Shown: positions 1 to 13,283, numbered from the stretch's first letter. The stretch is DNA of 64,000 nucleotides from Octopus bimaculoides (GCF_001194135.2 NC_068984.1:135829325-135893324), one strand, 5' to 3'. Numbers and translations are program-made. Notes: generated from the letters alone by a model not told the origin.

Positions 1-18
1 ACACACACATATATACGC

Positions 19-55
<37 letters not shown>

Positions 56-223
56 NNNNNNNNNNNNNNNNNNNNNNNNNNNNNNNNNNNNNNNNNNNNN
101 NNNNNNNNNNNNNNNNNNNNNNNNNNNNNNNNNNNNNNNNNNNNNNNNNNNNNNNNNNNNNNNNNNNNNNNNNNNNNNNNNNNNNNNNNNNNNNNNNNNN
201 NNNNNNNNNNNNNNNNNNNNNNN

Positions 224-502
224 ATATATATATGAGCATACGTACACATTTGCATGCATACAAACATACATTCATATATATATACATACATGCAGACACA
301 CATACATGCACGCATGCATACACGCATACATACATACGTACATACATAATAAATGCATGCACACATACACACATACACACATAAATACATACATACATAA
401 TACATACATGCGCACACATACATACATACTTTCATACATACATGCATAATACATACATACACACACACATACACACATACATACATACATACATACATGC
501 AT
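224..502. repeat. (CATA)n/(CA)n degenerate microsatellite array
   Basis: Tandem CATA/CACA units read directly; it abuts the RTE 3' end and may be its tail. Confidence 0.95.
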
Positions 503-900
503 TCATGATGGCTATTCACTCGCGATCGAGGAAGACCATTGCTGACCTTCAAGTACTCTAGAGCTAACTTATACTTTGCCCTTACGGCTCCGTTGGTGGC
601 TAATGAGCCCTGCTCTTGACAAGCATACTCGACTGCAAACGTTGCAAACCAAGCTTTCCCCATTCATTATAGTAGCAGTGTGCTTTCGAGCAACAAGGTG
701 AAGTTCTTCATGCAGAATACGTGCTCTCTCAAAAGTGTCAACCCCGTCCTTAACCTGCTTCCTCCATCTATGGCGATGACAGGCATGGTTCTCTCAGTCA
801 GCCTCCTGCATTTCACAAGCCTTTAATGAGGACTTGACACAGTCCTGAAATCGCAGCCTTGGTTTCTGCCGGAGTCTCTTTCCATTCATATCAGGATCCG
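503..900 (-). mobile_element. RTE-clade LINE, 3' end (ORF C-terminus plus 3' UTR), 5'-truncated
   Basis: Minus-strand 889-569 translates as MNGKRLRQKPRLRFQDCVKSSLKACEMQEAD*ENHACHRHRWRKQVKDG...CNVCSRVCLSRAGLISHQRSRKGKV*. The GKR...RF.D..K.SLK...W and terminal CxxC...GLxSHxR motifs are typical of RTE ORF ends. There is one in-frame TGA. Confidence 0.85.
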
Positions 901-1049
901 TAAGCAGATGCTATATAGAGAATATACATACATAATGCATATATACATACATACATACGTACATACATACATGAATGCATGCATGCATAATGCATATATA
1001 CATACATACTTACATACATACATACATACATATATACATACATGCATAC

Positions 1050-1420
1050 ATTGAGGTGCTGAGATATGTAGAACACTGTCTAAATACAAATCTTGAGAAA
1101 TTAGGCTTCTCAAAACCAGAAAGGAAAAATCGAACTCGAAGACAACAGATCCAACACATCACTGGAACTGTAAAAATCTGCAAAACTTTCAAGAAAGTTA
1201 TCATTTAAATATATATGAGCATGTCTAGATATGTAACTATATGCATGATAATACATAAAACAAAACATATAAATCTGCACATATGCGTACGTAGGTACAT
1301 ACATACATACAAAAATGCCCTGTGGTTTGATGTTGTCATTTCAATAATGGAGCCTTGGATCTCCGTTAGAAACCGGTTCTTTATTGGTAAGAAATCTTGA
1401 AATAACACTGTATAATGGCA
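1050..1420 (+). mobile_element. RLE-type (Dong/R4-like) non-LTR element, 3' end with (CATA)n tail
   Basis: EVLRYVEHCLNTNLEKLGFSKPERKNRTRRQQIQHITGTVKICKTFKKVII* resembles the terminal helix of RLE-type elements. It is followed by a ~210-bp UTR ending in GGCATACATACATAC; the UTR recurs at 10055-10145. Confidence 0.6.
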
Positions 1421-1500
1421 TACATACATACATACATACAAACATACATACATACATACATACATACATACATACATACATACATACATACGTATATACA
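1418..1500. repeat. (CATA)n microsatellite
   Basis: Near-perfect tandem CATA units. Confidence 0.95.
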
Positions 1501-1879
1501 TACAAACATAAGTACATATTTAGCTTGAATATAAATTATACATGACTGCTTTTGTGCGTTTGAGTATTTACATACGTTCCTATAAGAGTGAATAATTGTA
1601 TTCTTCTCTAACGATAGCTACTAGAGACAAGCCATTATGTAGGTAGACCTACTTGCTGACATTAACACCAGCAGAATACCTTGTTTGTTTATACGTTATC
1701 AATATAAGTTGTTTCATTTTGTAACGTTCCATTTGTTCATTCCGGTGGGCTTTCAGCAAAACAAAATCGAATTTAATAGTAAGGATCAATATATTTGGTC
1801 CATAAATGGATTCTTTGCAATGGCATTTACATTCGTCGATACAGGCATTTGACACCGTCATGTTATCGTCTTCTGCAAA

Positions 1880-2600
1880 TCGAAGTTGAAAATAACTAAA
1901 GGTTGCATAACATCAGCAAATATTGGAGAAAATGGATGTATATGAGTTGAATTAAGATGGTAAGAATGAAAGAGTGGGAGTGGAAGTAGGAGGGAGAAAG
2001 AACAATTGGAAAGAAGTGAAAAGAATGGTTAGATACAAGGGTTAGACAGATAAAGAGAAGAAGGACAAAAGAACCGTTCAATATTGAAAGAGAAAGTGAA
2101 AAATAAAAATGTGACTAAGTAGCAAATAAAAACCCGAGGAAAAGAAAAGAAGTTTAAGAATTAGCAAAAGATTAAATGAAGGAGTGCTGGAGAAAGAACC
2201 GTCGCGAAAATGTGGTAAGACATTCAGAGAAGTAGCGTGAGGATAGATAAGAAAGGTCAGAATATGCAGACACAGCAGTGGAATAACGGAATTGAGAGAA
2301 AGTAGACCTCAGTGGATGAAGATTTATTCGAAAAACTGTTGTAAAAGAAATGCAAAAAAGAGCAAATATAACAGAGATAAATGAGAAATAGAGTGATAGA
2401 ACGGAGAAAGTTAGATTGGAAAATTAGGAGAAGGCTGATGCAAAGAATGAGAACGTAGAATGGTATTTATTGAAGAATTGATATTAAGAAGAAACTGCAG
2501 AGATACGGTTATGATACAGATAAGCAATGTGTGTGTGTGAGGGAGACAGAGTGGTATGGAAAAAGAATGAAGGGGAAAGTGAGTGAAAGGCTGAGGAGTA
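1880..2600 (-). other. Purine-skewed tract, possibly a highly decayed L2/CR1-like LINE
   Basis: Strong G/A bias on + for ~700 bp. On -, there are only weak RT-like hints (NGSFVLLLFICL; IFADV in another frame). Confidence 0.25.
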
Positions 2601-3745
2601 ACATGGCTTGTTTCTGCCTTGTTTCTGCCTTGTATGTATTAATCAATTCCATGTAACTTTTCAGTTAGACATTTTGTTTTAATAGATTTTTTTCTTTCTA
2701 CGCAAACAATAGCTTTTTTAAAACAATGAAACTTTCGATTCGATCTTTGACAGTATGTAGATTATAGTAGTGATGTTGTAATTTCAATTTCGAAGTTTTC
2801 TTATATTGCATTGTTTATACTAAAGATGGCGAATACAATAAATCATTATTCAACCAGTGCTATTGCATAAGACATATTTATGTCGGCAGACGAATACATT
2901 CTTTTAATGGTTAGCTATAAGACAGTGGCCATGCTACTGCATTGCTTTGGTCGATCATATTGATCTTAGTAATCCAGCAATTATATTCGGCTACTCCATA
3001 TTTTACCGTTCTTTATTCTTCGAGCCGCTAGTTACTGGTCATAAATGGGGGGAATAGCAGAATCAACAGCGATTTTAGATGACATATATAAACATTGACA
3101 TCTACACACCAACACATTCATATACTCTCAGATAAACTACTCCGCACCTCGAAAACACCTCACATACACAGACACACACAACACAAACACACACACACAC
3201 ATACACACATACAAATATATATATATACACACACATATATATATATATGTACGTTTATATCTGCGAGTCTATAAATATTAATGTATATATGTATATATAT
3301 GCATGTATATATATGCATATATGTGTGTGTGTGTATGCATGTACCATGTAAGAAATTTATATACATACATACATACATACATACATATATNNNNNNNNNN
3401 NNNNNNNNNNNNNNNNNNNNNNNNNNNNNNNNNNNNNNNNNNNNNNNNNNNNNNNNNNNNNNNNNNNNNNNNNNNNNNNNNNNNNNNNNNNNNNNNNNNN
3501 NNNNNNNNNNNNNNNNNNNNNNNNNNNNNNNNNNNNNNNNNNNNNNNNNNNNNNNNNNNNNNNNNNNNNNNNNNNNNNNNNNNNNNNNNNNNNNNNNNNN
3601 NNNNNNNNNNNNNNNNNNNNNNNNNNNNNNNNNNNNNNNNNNNNNNNNNNNNNNNNNNNNNNNNNNNNNNNNNNNNNNNNNNNNNNNNNNNNNNNNNNNN
3701 NNNNNNNNNNNNNNNNNNNNNNNNNNNNNNNNNNNNNNNNNNNNN

Positions 3746-3780
<35 letters not shown>

Positions 3781-3923
3781 TTTATGCATCTATATATATA
3801 CATATACATGTATACCTGTATATATATTTAAATATATATACATGTATATAAATATCTATTAGGTAAGAAACTGTCAATACTTACGTATGTATATATATAT
3901 ATATACATACACACACACACACA

Positions 3924-3956
<33 letters not shown>

Positions 3957-4464
3957 GTGTGTATGTGTGTGTGTGTGCATGCACATGTGTATGTAGATAT
4001 ATATGTATATTAAATAGATAGAGATATAGTTAGATAGAGAAGGAAAGAGGGTTTCTGTCTACCAAATTCTATGCAAAAGGTATTGGTTAACAGAAGACTA
4101 TAATGGAAAAAAAAACACCCGATATTATTCACACATATTTTATAACAAGTAGTTTAATGCTATATTTAAGGAAGAAGACCGATCTGATAATGTAATGCTT
4201 TGGTGTATCTGATCATAGGTTATGAAATCTCATCTTCTCTAGTCGTTACGTTTAGTTCCTGTGCCGAACAGTGTCTTCTATGAGATCAGTCTGGAATGAA
4301 AGAGAACTTTTAAAACTATGCAACGACCAACCAGTCAGCAAGATGTGTTCTGACATTTATTAAGAGCCGTATCAGACCATATCAAGGTGAGCTACGCGTG
4401 CTTTAGCCAACATGAGTTTTGTGCCCATGGCGATTTCTCAGAACAATTTCTCTTCATGTTTTTT

Positions 4465-4676
4465 TTATGTATTTTAGTCACTCGTGTGCGGCCATACTGG
4501 AGCACCACCTTTAGTCGAAGAAATCGACCCCCAGGACTTACTCTTTGTAAGCTTAGTATTTATTTTGTCAGTACCTTCTGCTGAACCACTAAGATACGGG
4601 GACGAAAACACACCAGCATCGGTTTGTCAAGTGATGGTTGAGGACAAACTCAGATACACACACAAATGCATACATA

Positions 4677-4700
<24 letters not shown>
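4465..4700 (-). mobile_element. SINE family A, 3' half
   Basis: Reverse complement matches 58210-58400 and 28950-29150 (ggtgtgttt..gtccccgta.cttag.ggttc...ggggtcgattt...gactaaagg.ggtgctccagtatggcc). Confidence 0.85.
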
Positions 4701-4707
<7 letters not shown>

Positions 4708-5039
4708 TCATATACATACATACTTACATATATACATATATATATATATATAGATATGAAGTATAATATTAAATGGAGCAAAAGGCATATAAACAATAAG
4801 TTCCTTTAATTCCTACATATGTTCCAAAATATATGTGCAGTCTACTCCTAAGAAGTAAGAGGTGCTGGAATTGCACATATATTCATCGTCAGAGAACCAA
4901 CATACAAAAGCAAGACATATGCTAAATGTTAAGGTTACGTACGAGTTATAACATTATATAGCTAAGTAAGTGACCTTAGAAACAAGAACGCTGGTTTACA
5001 TTGAGTTATTATTGGAGAGAGGCTGTGATCGCTATACTA

Positions 5040-5120
5040 AAAGTTGATTTCTTCGACTAAAGGTGGTGTTCGAGTATGGCCGCAGTCAAACTACGGAAAC
5101 AAGTAAAGGAATAAAAGAAA
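5040..5120 (+). mobile_element. SINE family A, 3' terminus
   Basis: gatttcttcgactaaaggtggtgttcgagtatggccgcagtcaaa...aacaagtaaa matches the family A tail. Confidence 0.8.
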
Positions 5121-5269
5121 AAATATATGTGTGCATGTTTGAGTGTGTGCGCTTAAGAATTGCTTGAATATTCACTAAGTTTAGCAATGTATCACTGCTG
5201 AATAGTTCAATTTACATATCAGTCACATGGGAACTGATATATTAATATTCTTTTCTACACCAGGTACTT

Positions 5270-5440
5270 TTCTAGATGGGGCCAGTCGATTAGATCGACC
5301 CCAGTACGCAACTGCTACTTAATTTATCGACCCTGAAAGGATTAAAGGCAAAGTCGACCTCGGCGGATTTTGAACTAGGAACGTAAACAAAGACGAAATA
5401 CCACTAAGCATTACACTCGGCGTGCATACGTTTCTCTCTG
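5270..5440 (-). mobile_element. SINE family B
   Basis: gccagtcgattagatcgaccccagtacgcaactg...ggcaaagtcgacctcggcggattttgaact...gacgaaatacc matches the copies at 37119-37561. Confidence 0.85.
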
Positions 5441-7275
5441 ACAAAGACACAATATTTCTTTTTACAACCATAATATACAACGAAGTATATCATGGTTTTA
5501 CAAGACAATAACTTGTCTTAGTTTTGCATTAGCAATGTTCTCCTTACTAAGTCGTAATGTGGAAAGAACATATATGCCAAGCAGATAAACGTATGCACAA
5601 TATGTACACCCTCACACACACACGCACTCACACACATACACATACATACAGACACATATACACCAGTGTATTCTTGCTAACCTAAATTCCTGTAATTTTT
5701 CTCTCTCCAGAAAGCGGAGTGAGGTGTATTATAGCCTGTTCACAGCAACATCTTAAGTAGATATTTGCGTGCGTCTGTACGTGAACGCGTGCATCTGCAT
5801 GAGTGTGTGTGTGTGTTTGCATTTTCTCTAATTTTTTTCTGTTTGGCATTTACGCGTGTGAAATATAAGCACGTTGGTTGATAAATTCTCTTATAAATTC
5901 TATGTCTTCCTCACATATCAGGACGAATAATGAAAAGAAGTGATAAGATTGTAATATGATCTCCACCATCTTACATCGTGAAATAAAATTACTGGACATC
6001 AGTGTCCATACACGCAAGACCACACCGAAGCCGACACCTGCTTACACAAAGGTTATTCAAAGAGAAAGAGACACCAAACGCTGAAAAACGAAAACGTTCA
6101 AACACTCGCACCATTCAAAGGATCTAGGCTTCACACAAGCGCACACACACAGGATGCCGATTGGGGTTTCTGTAAGTGTATGAGAGAAAGCATATGTGTG
6201 CACGCGAACACACATTCACGTCTGTTTCTTTCTGGCTCACATTCTCATTCATATTATGAATATAAATATTAAAACATAAAATTAGAAGACAAATAGCCCT
6301 GGAGTTTTGCGGCCGTATCAATAGTGAGGCCGTGAATGGCAAAGAAAGAATTCTGACAATCTCGGCCAATTGTGTGAGTGACGAACGATTAAGTCCTCAA
6401 TCGCTTACTGAATCGGTCAAATGGTTTAGAAAATGAATAATACAGGCAGTGCATGCGTTTCTTATTGCCATAATGATATTCCCCAAATTTGATATATATT
6501 TGTGTAGATGTATGTGTGTATAGTCAATCCAAACATGAAGAAGTAAGAAAAAGCACGAAAAAAAAAACAACAACGCGAGGACGTGGAATAAGTACGGTGT
6601 TATTGGATGCTCAGGAAAGGAAAGAAAAGAAACAGGTTTTTATGTTTCGAGCGGAGATCCTCATAAGACATATAGGAAAAGTCCAAAAAATGGAAGACAG
6701 AGAAAGAAAATCGCCAACGATGCACACGCGGTCGTGTATATGTATATATATGTATGCGTGTTTATATATATGTGCGTGTGTATGTATGAGTGCCTGGGTC
6801 TGCGTGTATGTGTGTCTACGTGTATACACATACGTATGTAGACTATATGACTAATTTCCATTAATGACATACCGACTTTACAGAATTATTGATTCCCGAG
6901 AATCAACCACAATTTGGTACTTTCCATGCCGTAGTAAATCCCATTGAAACGGAGTACCGGCGCCAAATGGAGTACGTGCGGCTTTTTGGCATCCAGTTTT
7001 GTGGGGCAAGACGCTCTATCTGCCTTTTTAAAAAGTCAGAAACTAACGAAAGACTTTTTCATGATTCGGTAGTCACGTACCAGACTTTAACTAATATTTA
7101 TAGAATGCGTTCATTAATTTGTTCATAATATCCGATACCAAACTTAGGGTTAGTTTTGTTCCGGTACAAAACATTTATGTACAACATATGACAATAAATC
7201 AGAATATTCTCTTTCAAGATTGAAGTATAATTAATGACTAGTCATGACGATGGAAAAAAACAAATAGTAACCTAA

Positions 7276-7576
7276 TGCAAACATACAAATGAAAACCCAG
7301 AAGTCCGCCAAATACCACTGAGTAACCATCTAGCAACATGTGGTCATCAAACTTTTATTATATTTCCATTCCATAAACTTTACAACCGGAATGAAATTGA
7401 AAGAAAATGCAAAGAAAAGGACTTTATTAAGAAATTCAAACCCACTCTTAACAAACAATGATTAAATCCATCTTACTTGGGGTTTAAAAATCTTAACCCT
7501 GTAACCAAAACACAAAAAATCTCTCAGATATCATCATTTCTATAAATAGATTTGGCATCATTTCTAAGAACAGCCN
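7276..7576 (+). mobile_element. Penelope-like element remnant: GIY-YIG endonuclease C-terminus plus downstream UTR
   Basis: 7276-7461 translates as CKHTNENPEVRQIPLSNHLATCGHQTFIIFPFHKLYNRNEIERKCKEKDFIKKFKPTLNKQ*. The S.H...C and R...E..FI..FKP.LN* pattern is characteristic of PLE GIY-YIG ends. The fragment runs into a gap. Confidence 0.75.
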
Positions 7577-8509
7577 NNNNNNNNNNNNNNNNNNNNNNNN
7601 NNNNNNNNNNNNNNNNNNNNNNNNNNNNNNNNNNNNNNNNNNNNNNNNNNNNNNNNNNNNNNNNNNNNNNNNNNNNNNNNNNNNNNNNNNNNNNNNNNNN
7701 NNNNNNNNNNNNNNNNNNNNNNNNNNNNNNNNNNNNNNNNNNNNNNNNNNNNNNNNNNNNNNNNNNNNNNNNNNNNNNNNNNNNNNNNNNNNNNNNNNNN
7801 NNNNNNNNNNNNNNNNNNNNNNNNNNNNNNNNNNNNNNNNNNNNNNNNNNNNNNNNNNNNNNNNNNNNNNNNNNNNNNNNNNNNNNNNNNNNNNNNNNNN
7901 NNNNNNNNNNNNNNNNNNNNNNNNNNNNNNNNNNNNNNNNNNNNNNNNNNNNNNNNNNNNNNNNNNNNNNNNNNNNNNNNNNNNNNNNNNNNNNNNNNNN
8001 NNNNNNNNNNNNNNNNNNNNNNNNNNNNNNNNNNNNNNNNNNNNNNNNNNNNNNNNNNNNNNNNNNNNNNNNNNNNNNNNNNNNNNNNNNNNNNNNNNNN
8101 NNNNNNNNNNNNNNNNNNNNNNNNNNNNNNNNNNNNNNNNNNNNNNNNNNNNNNNNNNNNNNNNNNNNNNNNNNNNNNNNNNNNNNNNNNNNNNNNNNNN
8201 NNNNNNNNNNNNNNNNNNNNNNNNNNNNNNNNNNNNNNNNNNNNNNNNNNNNNNNNNNNNNNNNNNNNNNNNNNNNNNNNNNNNNNNNNNNNNNNNNNNN
8301 NNNNNNNNNNNNNNNNNNNNNNNNNNNNNNNNNNNNNNNNNNNNNNNNNNNNNNNNNNNNNNNNNNNNNNNNNNNNNNNNNNNNNNNNNNNNNNNNNNNN
8401 NNNNNNNNNNNNNNNNNNNNNNNNNNNNNNNNNNNNNNNNNNNNNNNNNNNNNNNNNNNNNNNNNNNNNNNNNNNNNNNNNNNNNNNNNNNNNNNNNNNN
8501 NNNNNNNNN

Positions 8510-8552
<43 letters not shown>

Positions 8553-10054
8553 TTGTATGTATGTATATTAGAGATATATTGTTTAGGATATGTAAAGATG
8601 TATTTCGAGTTTAATGCATTTTAAATCTTAGCTCTACCAAAATCAATAAGTGAGTAATAGATAGAGGAAGTGAATCTCTTAAGAAATTTAAACATGTGCG
8701 TCAAATAGAATGAAATTATTTATGGGTTTACTAGTTGAAGAAGTATGATTAAGTTGATTCACTAAATAGGCAGAGTTTAATTGAGGTCTGTGTCACTAAT
8801 TTACAGTCAAACTGCGGAAGATGTATTGTTATATGAATAAGTATGAAAAAGATGAAATATTACAAGGTCTGTTCATCTATAAATTTGAAAAAGGTTAAAG
8901 ACTTAAATTAAACCGTTATCTCAGATACTCAGTTAATGAGTAACACTCTTCTCTTCTCAACATAGTATTGATTATCTAAAAATATTACACATGAAACGGG
9001 TAAACTGAAAGGGATATAATTTAGTTTGTCGCAGCAATTGGTAATATGTCCCAAAGTATATATCAAGTACAAAGATATGTTTTAATATCAAATTTGATTA
9101 TTAAATTGGTTGCCGTTATATTAAACTTTATCATGTGGAAACAACATCCGTGATGAATCATATTCCCAACTTGAATTTAAGGATGTACGTATATTAACGA
9201 ATCTGAATAAATTATCTAATCAGAATAATTTGTTGTCTTCTATCTATGAGAAACACAATACTTAATCTAGTTATTTCATTATGATTATTTGAATCATTGT
9301 GAGTATTTTCATAAACTTTCAATTTGAAATTTTGCAAACAGTCTACATTCGAAATCACATATTTTTCTTTGTCAAGATTTACGTTCTTGTGACGCTGCAT
9401 TCATTCATTTTTCACTTAAAAAAATACACGAAAATAAAAAAAGAGAAAATAACTTAACTACAGTTCCTACTTATGAACAGTTAAAGCATTTGGACATTTA
9501 ATATTGTCAGCAGATCATTAGATTTCTGTATCGCGGTTCACTCTTCTGAAGGTATTAATGACAGGTATGCTACTTAAAGAGGCTTCTTCTCTTCCTCCCA
9601 ATCATCAAGGAAACTCTATAAAGAGACATGCCCAGGCCCTTCCCCTCACGAATTAGTGATTAGATCTACTTATAAATGTGTGTGTACATGTGTGCACGTG
9701 AATGTGTGAATGTGTGTGTATTTCTATGCAAGCACATATTTCACTATCAGTGAAAGTAGAATCGGATATACGTGTTGATAGACTCTATTTGATATGCATA
9801 AGGGCACATAATGACCCATTGAATAACACACGTAGAAAGAAAGACTCTGGTACCCTGGTACATGAACACTGTGTATTTGAAAACGATTAAAAATTAGATA
9901 AATTCTATTATCTTATACCTACGATTTCTGTAATTACAGTTCTATAAATGATCATAACATTGTAAAGTGTAATGTTAAGTAAAGTATCTAAAATGGAATG
10001 ACATTAAAAAGAAATGATCACATATTTTTGTCAACAAAATTATCATACATAACC

Positions 10055-10145
10055 TATGTATGTATGATATCTACACGTGTAACTGTTCAGTTTTATTTCA
10101 AGATTTCTTGCCCATAGAGAAAGGGCCGGTTCCTAGTCTAGATCT
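10055..10145 (-). mobile_element. 3' UTR fragment of the (CATA)n-tailed non-LTR family
   Basis: Reverse complement gatctagactaggaaccggccctttctctatgggcaagaaatcttgaaataaaactg...catacatacata matches 1357-1430. Confidence 0.7.
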
Positions 10146-10480
10146 ATACGCATATATATTTAATCTGGTGTATCTGCTGAAGAAGACTTCGCCTAGTAAA
10201 TTGTTTTATTTGCTAAAATATGTCTGAAACCAATGGTCCAGGAGATAGATGTTAAATGTTTTTTATTTTTCATTCCCATCGAAATTTTTTAATCCCTAAT
10301 AGTGGTTTGGAATTAAGCTGTTCTTTCTAGCGTGCAAGGAATCCTATGATGGATACCTCTTATGTGTTTAAATGTACACTCTATCTATATGAATAATATA
10401 TAGTCTATTGACTAATTCTTTTTACACGCTAGGCCACTGGTAGTCAAAATTTCTAATATTTCTTATTACCCTTGATATTA

Positions 10481-10511
<31 letters not shown>

Positions 10512-11526
10512 AGAAAATGAGAATACACACACTCACAAACACACATATAATCGGTCAGCTGTACATAAGTCTGAAAATACACACTAAAAATGATTTGGGC
10601 AGTAATATTTAAAGTAGTCGCTGGTTATGGCTGGTCAGAAAGTCAGCATAGCTTTCACGTCTGTTATTGCTTTCAGGAATATAGGTAACCTGTCATTAGG
10701 TTTGTTGTAATCATTGATAATTGCTTATATTAATGCTATTTACATTTAAGTAAGATATAGATTTTCTGTAGGTGAATTCTGGCAATATGTGGGTTCTGTT
10801 TTTATTTACTTGATACGTATAGACCGTGTATTTAAGTAAACATTGATTGTCGTAGCAATTTTGGATGGAGTTCGGTGTAGTTTGATATGATATATTTTGT
10901 TAATCAGTAGTATTATTGACAGGCATGTGCTCAACGAATTGACGTATCTAGCTGCTCTCTACTTCACAATTAATCTATAACATTCTCCCTTATTCAGTAG
11001 TTTTATATATCATTCTTTTTCTCTCTCCATAATGTCTATATCTTAACTATCACAACACCATCAATGAACTATTGTGTATCATATCGGCACGAGCAAGGAT
11101 GTGTTGATTGTATCTATTTTTTTGTATATATGTGTCAATGACGGTTTCTACGAAACGCTTGCGTTAAGAAAAAAACAAACACTTCTGAGTTTGTCGTAGG
11201 TTAGCCTATACGTTTTTAAATGGATTCCTTTTGAAATTCTCCTGAAATTTGTTGGTTTCGAATATGGAATTTTATTTCTGAAATTAAAGAATCGTGTATG
11301 GAAACAGCTCTAGGTAGGAATTTCTATGTATGAATTTTAATGTCTTTATATAAAAATACCTACACGTAAATTTTTATCCACTTTCTTAATTAGAACTGTT
11401 TATTTAAATACCTATACGATTCGGTGATAAACTATTATGCCTAGTTTTCTCTGAACGCTGGTAGAAATCGGTGAACTAGGATGCTCGCATCCCTTAAGGG
11501 ACTTTAGTTCCTTGATTAATTAAATG

Positions 11527-11557
<31 letters not shown>

Positions 11558-12189
11558 NNNNNNNNNNNNNNNNNNNNNNNNNNNNNNNNNNNNNNNNNNN
11601 NNNNNNNNNNNNNNNNNNNNNNNNNNNNNNNNNNNNNNNNNNNNNNNNNNNNNNNNNNNNNNNNNNNNNNNNNNNNNNNNNNNNNNNNNNNNNNNNNNNN
11701 NNNNNNNNNNNNNNNNNNNNNNNNNNNNNNNNNNNNNNNNNNNNNNNNNNNNNNNNNNNNNNNNNNNNNNNNNNNNNNNNNNNNNNNNNNNNNNNNNNNN
11801 NNNNNNNNNNNNNNNNNNNNNNNNNNNNNNNNNNNNNNNNNNNNNNNNNNNNNNNNNNNNNNNNNNNNNNNNNNNNNNNNNNNNNNNNNNNTATACATAT
11901 ACATATATATATGTGTGTGTATGTGTGTGTGTGTGTAAGTAATTTGTTTGTGTGTATGTGTGTGATGCTTCAGTGTCAAAATGCCACCAATCCAGATTAG
12001 AGCCTACGTATTTCTCTATGGATGTTGAATTTTCTCCTAACACTGACCAACTGGTGTGATCAAACATCTATCTGATTAACTTCTAGTGACCATTTCAGAA
12101 TGCCAAATGTATGTATAAGGACAGGCACTGCAAAGCTGTTATGTGCAATATGCTTGTTGTAAGCTGACAGTTATAATGACCATAGTCTC

Positions 12190-12305
12190 TCTATGTATGT
12201 ATGTATGTATGTATGTATGTATGTATGTATGTATGTATGTATGTATATATGCATGTATGTATGCATGTATGTATGTATATATGCATGTATGTACTATGTA
12301 TGTGT
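12190..12305. repeat. (TATG)n microsatellite
   Basis: Tandem TATG units. Confidence 0.95.
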
Positions 12306-12940
12306 ATGTTTTACTGGAATGCTAATCCCCACCTTCGCTTGCTCTGTCTGACGCTCGTTAGCCTTTGGCAACTGGGCTGACCGAGAATTCCACTCGTCTT
12401 CTATACATGCAAACACATATAGTGACATCATATATAGTAAACTAAAATTATAGTAGAATTGTGTTTATGGTGAATACATATTTATTTTTAGGTGAACCTT
12501 TATACATGTGTAATTACTTTCGTATAAATTCAAAATCCGTGTCCTCTCATGTTTAAGTGTACAGGTATAATATTCTGTAACGTATATTTCTTGCTTTAAG
12601 TTATTATCGAAGTAATTGATATGGAATATTTGCAGTCATCTGGTAAAACAGCTTCATGGAATTGGCTACCAGTAAACTTAACTTTATACTAAGCTACTTA
12701 AAAGAGAATTTCCAAATCTAAGTGAACTTCCATCATTGATACATTAGTATACTGTTATATACACTGAATTACTTCGGTCGAGTTTAAGACCGTTGTGATG
12801 CTATATACGTTCACAGCTTATTTGAAGTAATCTTCATGTTTGATCTGAGACTTTCAAAGCGCGCTAGGTACATTATATCCTACCGTTCTTTCTCGAATAT
12901 TATACATATGCCTGTGTGTTGTGTGTGTGTTTGTGTGCAT

Positions 12941-12986
<46 letters not shown>

Positions 12987-13208
12987 NNNNNNNNNNNNNN
13001 NNNNNNNNNNNNNNNNNNNNNNNNNNNNNNNNNNNNNNNNNNNNNNNNNNNNNNNNNNNNNNNNNNNNNNNNNNNNNNNNNNNNNNNNNNNNNNNNNNNN
13101 NNNNNNNNNNNNNNNNNNNNNNNNNNNNNNNNNNNNNNNNNNNNNNNNNNNNNNNNNNNNNNNNNNNNNNNNNNNNNNNNNNNNNNNNNNNNNNNNNNNN
13201 NNNNNNNN

Positions 13209-13283
<75 letters not shown>

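Noticed and set aside
6290-7000. CCAAT (ggccaatt), E2F-like (ttggcgcc) and TAAT/TGACA motifs suggesting a promoter or enhancer
   Set aside because: Short motifs without a CpG island, TSS evidence or a downstream gene cannot be supported from sequence alone.
7144-7153. TTAGGGTTAG telomere-like motif upstream of the Penelope fragment
   Set aside because: Fewer than two units, which is expected by chance.
10660-10690. ttgctttcag|GAATATAG|gtaacc, an 8-nt micro-exon-like pattern
   Set aside because: It is not frame-preserving and has a weaker donor; such patterns are common in AT-rich DNA.
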